The notes under the pieces: generated by a model | What the model saw: the letters and a program-made list of their open reading frames with translations, nothing else | Told to the model about the DNA's origin: nothing | The model's database searches: none | In this document: piece by piece, positions 56,834 to 64,000 of the stretch | Layout: the number at the start of each line of letters is the position of its first letter | Position numbering within the stretch: position 1 is the stretch's first letter | Origin: an uncultured delta proteobacterium | GTDB taxonomy: Bacteria; Myxococcota_A; Polyangia; Polyangiales; Polyangiaceae | DNA: 64,000 nt | Reading direction: 5' to 3' | Assembly (NCBI GenBank): GCA_963850305.1 | Contig: CAWKKR010000004.1 | Coordinates: 384,001-448,000, forward strand | Position numbers and translations under genes: made by a program

Positions 56834-59224
56834 TCACGACGCCTCGCGTGCGGGTGCATCTGGAAAGCTCATCAACGCGAGGGCTCCCACGACGTAAGCC
56901 GCGAGCGAAAGGACGATGAGCACCCGAAAGCCGAAGACCATGGCGACAATCGTCGAGAGGATCGACGCGATCACGGAGAAGAAGCCGTTCACCGCCCACG
57001 CCCATGCAACGTACTCGCGAGGCCGCGGCGTGGACCTCGCGACCGTGCGGAGGCCTAGCGGCATGAAAGTGCCGAGACACAGACCCACGGGGGAGACAAT
57101 CGCTATGGTGATCGCAATCCGCACGATCAGCGAGCACCCGAGGAAGGCCGCCACGACGGACGGAAGCACGAACTCCGCGAACGCGACGAGCACGGCGAGA
57201 AACAGGAGCAGGAAGACCAGCGCGCGGTTTCGCGCGATCGTGTGGCGGCCCGAGAGGAAGCTCCCGGCACCGGACGACAGGAGGAGCGCGAACAGCGTCA
57301 CCGAGAGCGAGTACGTCGGATATCCGAGTAGCAAGGTCAGCTTCTGGATGAGCCCCACCTCGAGGAACATGAATCCGAGGCCGAGCGCGGCGAAGTAAAT
57401 GCCGGCGGCCCCCTTGCGGGGCATCTCCGACCACGCGCTCCGGATCGTGACGAGTGGGAGCAGCAACATCACGGCAGCAAGGATCGTCACGATGACGAGA
57501 AAGCCCATCGTGAGTTGCTCGGCGATCGAGTCCTCTTGATCGACGACGACGTTCCCGAACGGGAGCGGAGCGAACGCGGCGTCGCGAAATCTGGCGAAAT
57601 GCCAGAAAAACGGCGCATCGTCGTGCACGGCGCTCACCTGATACCGATAATTCTTCAGGAAGCCGGGAAGCTCGTCGTCGTGGAGAGTGATCACCTGATT
57701 CGGAGGTGTCGCGTCCGGAGCGTTCCCCGGGAGATACCGGACTTCTCCCTGATCCATACCGCGCGCACGCTTGTCGAACGCGGCGCTCTGCGCCCGCGTG
57801 AATGGCTTCTTTCCGAGCAGAATGGCGACCTCGCGAAAAGGAGGATACCCGACGGAGCTCGCCAGCATGACGCGGTCCGAAAAGTCGTCGACGCCCTGCT
57901 CGCGGAAGGCCTCACGCGCAGTCGCGAGGTAGCGCGTCGTTCGGTTCGGTTTGCGGTCGTAATCCAGCTCTCCGAACTGCGTGCAGATGACGCCGTCGTC
58001 GGTCAGATGCCGGAGGCTCGCTTTGACCATCTCCGTCGTGTAGAGGTAGCTCTCCGAGAGCACGAACGCGCCGGAGGTCGCGACGTTCATCGCAGCGTAG
58101 GAATCCGGCGCTACGAACCATACGAGATCGTATTTTTCCTTACTCTGCCCGAGAAACCAGCGACCGTCGCCGTTGATCAGCGTCACCTTCGGGTTTTCTG
58201 CGAGGTGCCCGGTGATATCGGCGAAGACGTTCGTCAGAAGCGAATAGGTGACGGGGTTCAGTTCGACGCCCGTGACGTGGCTGGCCTTGAAATACAGGGA
58301 AGCCACGACCTCGTGCCCGCCCGCGGCGCCGATGATCAGGACCTTCGGGTGCTTCGGGAGCACGTCGAATGGCAGCGCGCGGGGGTCGTGCTCGAGATAG
58401 GCGAATCGCTGGAAGGTGCCGTCGAAGCGCCGAAGACCGGACCCCGGTTGCCCGTCGTGAAACACGAGAAACAGGTCGCCGGGGAAGAGCGGATGGTTCG
58501 CGACGTCGATGCGGAACACCGGGCTCCACTTCGAGAAGATGACGCTCCGCCGAAAGGATTCGTACGATTTGCTCTTGGCGACGACCGGATCCGTGAGCAG
58601 CGCGCCGGTCGCGACGACCGCGCCGAGCAGCGCCACGAGCGGCCACCCGATCGCCATGAGCGCACGTGAATCGCGAGAGAGACGCAACCCCGCCGCCGCG
58701 AGCACCATGCCCGCCAGGATCACGGTCCTCGGAGGCGACAGGACCGAGACGAGCGGCACGGCAAGCGTGCAGCCGAGCGCGGCCCCGAACAGGTCCGCAG
58801 CGTAGAGCCGCTGCACGGCCTCGGGGTCACGACTCAGGATCGTGGAGAGGACGAGCCCGACGGCAAAGAACGAACTCGTGAGGAGCAACGCGACGACGAT
58901 GAGCTTCAGGACTTCGATCGGCTGGTTCATCGAGTCGGCGATGTTGAGCTGGATCCTGGCGATGCAGAGGTACGAGAAGAGGACGCTCGCGCCCGCCGCG
59001 AAGCTCGCGACGGAGATGAGCCGTTCGGGACGAATCCGGCGCAGACGTTCGGACGTCGCGATCGCGATCCCGCCGGACCCGATCCCGAGCAAGCCGAGAC
59101 CGAGAATCAGGTACGTGAAATAGTAAAAAACCTTGAACGAGAAGATGCGCGTGTACGAAATCTCGAGGAGCAGCGCTCCGAGCGAAGTCGCGAAAATCTC
59201 GAAGAAGGGCAGCTTTCGGGCCAT
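56834..59224 (-). CDS. Second membrane-fused spermidine-synthase-like SAM-dependent transferase
   Basis: EISYTRIFS, LYAADLFGA, IGAAGGHE, VELN, ESYLYTTE, DDAPFF and WAVNG. Confidence 0.82.
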   Translation of the reverse strand: MARKLPFFEIFATSLGALLLEISYTRIFSFKVFYYFTYLILGLGLLGIGSGGIAIATSERLRRIRPERLISVASFAAGASVLFSYLCIARIQLNIADSMNQPIEVLKLIVVALLLTSSFFAVGLVLSTILSRDPEAVQRLYAADLFGAALGCTLAVPLVSVLSPPRTVILAGMVLAAAGLRLSRDSRALMAIGWPLVALLGAVVATGALLTDPVVAKSKSYESFRRSVIFSKWSPVFRIDVANHPLFPGDLFLVFHDGQPGSGLRRFDGTFQRFAYLEHDPRALPFDVLPKHPKVLIIGAAGGHEVVASLYFKASHVTGVELNPVTYSLLTNVFADITGHLAENPKVTLINGDGRWFLGQSKEKYDLVWFVAPDSYAAMNVATSGAFVLSESYLYTTEMVKASLRHLTDDGVICTQFGELDYDRKPNRTTRYLATAREAFREQGVDDFSDRVMLASSVGYPPFREVAILLGKKPFTRAQSAAFDKRARGMDQGEVRYLPGNAPDATPPNQVITLHDDELPGFLKNYRYQVSAVHDDAPFFWHFARFRDAAFAPLPFGNVVVDQEDSIAEQLTMGFLVIVTILAAVMLLLPLVTIRSAWSEMPRKGAAGIYFAALGLGFMFLEVGLIQKLTLLLGYPTYSLSVTLFALLLSSGAGSFLSGRHTIARNRALVFLLLFLAVLVAFAEFVLPSVVAAFLGCSLIVRIAITIAIVSPVGLCLGTFMPLGLRTVARSTPRPREYVAWAWAVNGFFSVIASILSTIVAMVFGFRVLIVLSLAAYVVGALALMSFPDAPAREAS

Positions 59225-59325
59225 CTCGAACCCGGGCGTGTGTATCACACGACGCGTCCGCCGCGTGGTAACTTGCGCCTGTCTCGTGCCCGCGCGCTTC
59301 GCCGGACGCTCTGACGGTAGTGCCA

Positions 59326-60394
59326 ATGGCGGATGGTCGAGTCGCTCACGTTCCGGAGATCGACTGGCTGAAAGGGTTCGCGATCCTCTCGGTGGTATGC
59401 ATCCACGCGAAGGTTTACGAAGGATCGATCTTCTACGACCGCGTCATCAATCGAGCGGTCCCCATCTTCCTCGTCCTCTTCGGGGTCACGTCCGAGTTCT
59501 GGTGGCAACAGCCGAGCGATGAGGCGACCGTGCAACGGCTCGCCCGGTGGTACCGGGGTCGCTCGCGGCGACTCTTGGTCCCCGTGTGGGCATTGGCCAC
59601 CGTCTGGTGGCTCGCCGTCGTGCGGCTCGGTGACGCGCGAGCCCTTCATTTCGGCTCGAGCCAGGTGCTCGCGGCCTATGTCGGGTTCGCTCCGAGCATG
59701 GGGACGAGCTGGTTCATCTGCGTGATCCTCCAGCTCGTCCTGGTCTTCCCGGTGTTTCATTGGCTCTATGATCGCGTGGGCGCACTCAGCCTCGTGTGGT
59801 CGACGGGGTTGCTTTGCGCCTTTTGCGTCTGGCACGTGTACGACATCGTCGCTGCCGGCAATGCGTGCTTCGGGACTCGCGGGGCCTACCCGGGGTGGTA
59901 TTATTTCCTGGATCTTCTCCCCGCGTCTCTTCTACGACGTTGCGGTCGGCGTGGTCGTCGCGAGACGCTGGGGCGGCCGACCGACGCCGCTGGTCACGTT
60001 CGGGGCCCTCGTGCTCGCAATCGGCGGTGTGTTCGCCGCGCAGGCAGCCAATGATCACTCGATCATCGGCCCCATCAAGGAGCAGATCGTACAGTATCTG
60101 TTCGACGCGCCGCTCGCTGTCGCGCTCCTCGGGCTCATCCGCGGCCTCGCGCCGCTGGCGCCGCTAACCCGCTTTCTCGCGTGGTGCGGTCTGTCGTCCT
60201 GGGGCATTTACCTCGGCCACCTCCTTTTCCACGAGATCCTGCACCTGAAGGGCTTCGCTCCGGAGCGAGTCGGCGAGAACGGTCGCATGGTGTACGCGGT
60301 GGTGCTATTCGCGGTCGGCGCGGTGCTGGCGGTCGTCGGTACAGCTGCCACGCGCGTAGTCCGAAGAGCATCTTTGGCCCTGACCGGACCTTGA
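59326..60394 (+). CDS. Acyltransferase family 3 (OafA-like), frameshift at ~59904-59908
   Basis: IDWLKGFAILSVVCIH, AVPIF and WF in the first ORF; SWGIYLGH in the second. Removing one base gives GWYYFWIFSPR. Confidence 0.8.
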
Positions 60395-60406
60395 GCATCC
60401 AGTAAA

Positions 60407-61189
60407 ATGGCCCGCACGAGAACGGATTACCCGACCCTGGTGCTCCTCGGCGCGATGTACGCGCTTCTTCTCGGCAACGTCTGGCTGTACCTCGTCCGGC
60501 CCGTGCACCCCATCTTGCACGTCCTGATCTCGGCGGTGGCCATTCATCTCGCCTTCACCATCTGGCACGAAGCCGTCCACGGAACGCTGTCCTCCAAACC
60601 GCGCGTCAACGATGTGGTCGGCGTGCTCGGAATGCTGCCGTACATGACGCCCTACTTCATTCAGCGCTGGGTGCACCTGGAGCATCATCGCAAGCTGAAC
60701 CTCGTGGAGGACCCGAACTTCATCTACACGGACGGCTCGCTCCTCTCACTTCCGCTTCGCTATCCGCGTGCGCTCGCGTACGGCAAGAAGCTCCTGCGCG
60801 GGGACCCGCGCACTCGCTCCGAAAAGATCAGCGACACGACGACGACGCTCCTGGTCCTTGCCACGTATGCCGCAGCGCTCGTCACGGGACACACGAAGGA
60901 AATCGTCCTGTTGTGGTTCATCCCGGTCGTGCTGGCGAAACTCGTGATGGACTGGTACGTGAATTACCTACCGCACCGCGGCCTGCCGCCCGATCGATTC
61001 AAGGGCACTCGCATCATCGCCGTCGCGTGGTTCACGCCGCTCGTCCTGAATCACAATTATCACGCGATTCACCACCTCTGGCCGACGGTACCGTGGCACC
61101 GGTACCGCCAGATCTACGCGAAGAAACGCGACTACCTGGAGCGTAATGGCGTCCCCATCGAGAGAAGAGTTTTCGGCAGCCGGGCGTAA
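60407..61189 (+). CDS. Membrane fatty-acid desaturase/hydroxylase (CrtR-like)
   Basis: His boxes HEAVH, HLEHH and HNYHAIHH; YLPHR; LWPTVPW. Confidence 0.82.
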   Translation: MARTRTDYPTLVLLGAMYALLLGNVWLYLVRPVHPILHVLISAVAIHLAFTIWHEAVHGTLSSKPRVNDVVGVLGMLPYMTPYFIQRWVHLEHHRKLNLVEDPNFIYTDGSLLSLPLRYPRALAYGKKLLRGDPRTRSEKISDTTTTLLVLATYAAALVTGHTKEIVLLWFIPVVLAKLVMDWYVNYLPHRGLPPDRFKGTRIIAVAWFTPLVLNHNYHAIHHLWPTVPWHRYRQIYAKKRDYLERNGVPIERRVFGSRA

Positions 61190-62139
61190 CCCTCACGGCT
61201 CCACCGCGGCTGAGCTCGAGCTGGTGGACGCGCGCTGCGCGCTCTGCGGAGCAGAGGATGCGACGCCCGAAGCGTACGGCTACGACTTCGAATACAACAC
61301 TGCGAACAACCCATTCCGGTTCGTGCGGTGCAGAGCGTGCAGTCACGTGTACCTCCATCCGAGGCCGGGCCCGGCGGACCTCGGGGTGATCTATCCCGCG
61401 AGCTACTACACGCTCTCGGGCACGGGGAGCCTGGTCGCCTGGATGCGGCGCGCGTGGGAAGGCCGCAAGGTGGATGTGTATCGACGCGCGGTCGGCGATG
61501 GCAAGAAGCGCATCCTGGACGTGGGGTGCGGGGACGGCCGTTTTTTGCAGGTGCTCCGCGACTTCGGCCCGGACGAATGGGAGCTCGTCGGGGTGGATTT
61601 CGATCCCGTGGCGGTCGAACGGTGCCGCGCCCGCGGCTTCGACGCCTTCGCCGAGCGCGTGGAAGATCTGGAGATCCGAAGACGGCAGTTTCGACGCGGT
61701 CGTCATGCTGCAGCTCCTCGAACACGTGGAGGATCCCGCGGCGCTCGCGGAGCGCGTCTTCGCGTTGTTGCGACCGGGTGGCGTGTTCGTGGTGGAAACA
61801 CCGAACCTTGCCGGCTGGGATTACGCGCTCTTCAGAAGACGGTGGTGGGGCCATTACCACTTCCCTCGACACTGGAACCTGTTTTCCGCGCACTCACTCC
61901 ATTCGATGCTCGCCCGAGCGGGCTTCGTCGTCGAAAAGAGTGACCAGCTCATCAGCACGAGCGCCTGGACGATATCTCTCGGCAATTACTTTCTCGACCG
62001 CGGGTATCCGCGCTGGTTCTCGGGCTTCTTCAATTACAAGAATCCCGCGCTCCTCGCGCTCTTCGTCGCCGTCGACGCGGCGCGCGCTCGACTTGGCCAC
62101 GAGACGTCCAATCAACGGGTCATCGCGCGAAGGCCGTGA
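61146..62139 (+). CDS. Class I SAM methyltransferase with N-terminal Zn-ribbon, frameshift at ~61676
   Basis: CALC...CRAC and LDVGCGDG in the first ORF; FDAVVMLQLLEHVEDP, ETPN and PRH in the second. Removing one C gives LEIEDGSFD. Confidence 0.83.
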
Positions 62140-63856
62140 CGGCGTCGTCCGGACGGTGGACTGGCGTCGCCCGCCGCGATCTCGCCGCACCCACTTTGCG
62201 ACAGACGAACAGCTTGATATCTCCGAAGCGAAACGGGATCTCGGCGCGCCCGAGCGCGCTCTGGGCCATGGTGGACGACAGCGTGGAAGCGAAGGGGATG
62301 CCGAGCGTCCCGAGCTTCGCGAGGAGATAGTCGAGCGTCACGACGTGGCAATATTTGCCCTCGTCGATGATCTCGAACCCGGCGTCGCCGAGCACGTTCC
62401 GGATGGTCGTCTCGGTGAAATAGAAGAGATGCATATCCATGAGCCATGGCCAATATTTGCCCATGACCCGCGGAAACCAGTTGTCGATCATGAGCGTCGA
62501 GAACAAGAAGGTTCCCCCGCTCGGAAGGAGTTCGTTGATCTTGCGGAGCTCATCGACCGGATTCGCGAAATGCTCGAGCACGTCCCACGCGACGACGACG
62601 TCGAACGAGCGCTCCGCGCTGGGCAGATCGTCGACCGTGCCGCACCAGACTGGCGCATCGACGACCTTCGCCGAAGCTTCGACGGCCCACGCGCTCGGTT
62701 CGACGCCCACGACGTTCAGGCCGGCCTCGCGCGCGACCTTCAGGAACGCGCCGCAGTAGCTTCCAATTTCGAGGACGCGATCCGCGGCGCGAAAGTGACG
62801 ACGGACCTGGTCGAGGTTGTACCGGAACGTCGTTTCGCGAGCCTGGATGTGCTCGAGGTAGACGGGATCGACCGCGTGAGCATACTCGCCGACTAGCTCG
62901 TCCGAGGAGAGCTTCGGGCGCATGAAGATGAGCCCGCAGCGGAGGCAGCGCAATATCTGCCCGTGCGACCGGCTCGAATGCGTGGCGCAGCTGTACGGAG
63001 AAACGTCGCGAGCCGTGGCGCCTTTTCGTTCCTCGGTCGCCGGAAACACTTCGAGATGGTGCGTCCCGCTGCAGGAGCAGCACGCAACCGGAGCCGGCGC
63101 AGGGAACTCACGGTCGTGCAGGAACGGCAGCAGGCGCTGCAATCCGAGGCGCTGGATCGTCAGGACCGCCTTGTAGATCTCGCTCTCGGAGATCTTCGAC
63201 GCGCCCGTAGCGCGATTCTCGAAGTGAATCGGAAATTCGGCGAGCCGATCCGTCACCTGGGACACCCTATGCAGCGATTCGACCGCGAAGGAGTATCCCT
63301 CGGAGCGAATCGCCTCGATGTTCATGCGACGCAGCAACTTCGCAGTGAAGCCGCGGTACATCGTCGTGTTCTCTTCGAGCGGCAACCCGAGCGCCGCCTT
63401 GGCAAACAAGTTGGCGGTCCGGGAGATGAGGGTGCGCCCGAAGCCGTAGTCGGATTTACCCCCCGCCATGTAACGCGACCCCGTGACGAAGTCAGCGCGG
63501 TCCCCGAGGAGAAGCTCGAGGAACGTGGGTAAGTATCTGGGATGATGTGAAAAATCCGCATCCATGGTGATGAGGACGTCGAACCCGGCGTCGCGTGCAT
63601 ACAGCATGGCAAGCTTGTGGGCCGAGCCCAGCCCGAGCTTGCCGGGGCGGTGGATGATGGAGAGCCGGGGCAGCTCGACCGACAGGCGGTCGAGCAGGGC
63701 GCCCGTGCCGTCGGGCGAAGCGTCGTCGACGACCAAAATGTGACAATCGGGAGAAAAATCGCGGACCGTCCTCACGAGGCGCTCGACGTTTCCAGCTTCA
63801 TTAAACGTCGGAAAAAAGACCAAGATTCTGGGTGGATCCGCCCCCTGTGCCGCCAT
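62120..63856 (-). CDS. Fusion of GT2 polyprenol-phosphate glycosyltransferase (DPM1-like) and Zn-ribbon class I methyltransferase
   Basis: PTFNEAGN, DDASPDGT, KLGLGSA, MDADFSH and GSRY; then CCSC...CLRC, LEIGSYCG and WDVLEH. Start ATG 63856 or GTG 63931. Confidence 0.87.
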   Translation of the reverse strand: MAAQGADPPRILVFFPTFNEAGNVERLVRTVRDFSPDCHILVVDDASPDGTGALLDRLSVELPRLSIIHRPGKLGLGSAHKLAMLYARDAGFDVLITMDADFSHHPRYLPTFLELLLGDRADFVTGSRYMAGGKSDYGFGRTLISRTANLFAKAALGLPLEENTTMYRGFTAKLLRRMNIEAIRSEGYSFAVESLHRVSQVTDRLAEFPIHFENRATGASKISESEIYKAVLTIQRLGLQRLLPFLHDREFPAPAPVACCSCSGTHHLEVFPATEERKGATARDVSPYSCATHSSRSHGQILRCLRCGLIFMRPKLSSDELVGEYAHAVDPVYLEHIQARETTFRYNLDQVRRHFRAADRVLEIGSYCGAFLKVAREAGLNVVGVEPSAWAVEASAKVVDAPVWCGTVDDLPSAERSFDVVVAWDVLEHFANPVDELRKINELLPSGGTFLFSTLMIDNWFPRVMGKYWPWLMDMHLFYFTETTIRNVLGDAGFEIIDEGKYCHVVTLDYLLAKLGTLGIPFASTLSSTMAQSALGRAEIPFRFGDIKLFVCRKVGAARSRRATPVHRPDDAVTAFAR

Positions 63857-64000
63857 TCCCGAACCAAATCGCGAACCGAGCGAGTCGTCGGACGCTCTGT
63901 ACCGATCGTGCTCGAAGGATTTACTTGTCACGATTCGTATGATAGCAAGTCACAATCCTTTCGTGCTGAACCCGTCATTTCCTTTTTCGATCCTCTGAGG

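Noticed and set aside
56793..56837. In-frame TGA after a coupled GTG, suggesting selenocysteine or readthrough into the SGNH gene
   Set aside because: A TTG at 56789 with GGAG 7 nt upstream explains the start, and the context is not a redox active site.
1..64000. rRNA, tRNA, transposase, integrase, prophage, reverse transcriptase or defence genes
   Set aside because: No recognisable motifs by eye; covariance and HMM searches would be needed to exclude divergent cases.

Overview
High-GC myxobacterial DNA, most like Polyangiales/Polyangiaceae. This is inferred from a MYXO-CTERM-like tail, Gly/Ser-rich lipoproteins, Hanks kinases and ECF/FecR-TPR modules. The window has about 58 coding regions. 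I recognised no rRNA, tRNA, transposase or CRISPR array. (1) 0.6-10.5 kb is a cellulase island containing GH6, a TolB-like CxxCH lipoprotein, an ECF sigma / FecR-TPR anti-sigma / putative beta-barrel operon and two GH5 lipoproteins. The same TGAGCC-N17-CGAC(T/C)A motif sits just upstream of three of its genes. The GH5 coupled to the signalling operon has lost its acid/base Glu (NEP->NDP) and a conserved His. Together these suggest an undescribed TonB-receptor-independent, pseudo-cellulase-based sensing system, which is the best candidate in the window. (2) 10.5-40 kb holds housekeeping and lipid-metabolism genes (POT transporter, RlmD-like methylase, gltA, acyl-CoA ligase, alkyl-DHAP synthase-like, ALDH, PlsC), two Ser/Thr kinases, a collapsed ECF-operon remnant, and an orphan gene beside an AT-rich patch and a 21-bp tandem array. 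(3) 40.6-45.6 kb has a 32-aa Lys-rich sORF, two copies of a structured ~107-bp REP/MITE-like element and a second ECF/FecR-TPR/barrel module. (4) 45.6-64 kb is a large envelope glycan/lipid modification cluster: three GT-C-like proteins, two membrane-fused spermidine-synthase-like SAM proteins, MBOAT plus SGNH, acyltransferase-3, a desaturase, a methyltransferase and a GT2-methyltransferase fusion. Six genes carry single-base frameshifts that look like long-read consensus errors. All functional calls come from motif recognition only; no database searches were run.
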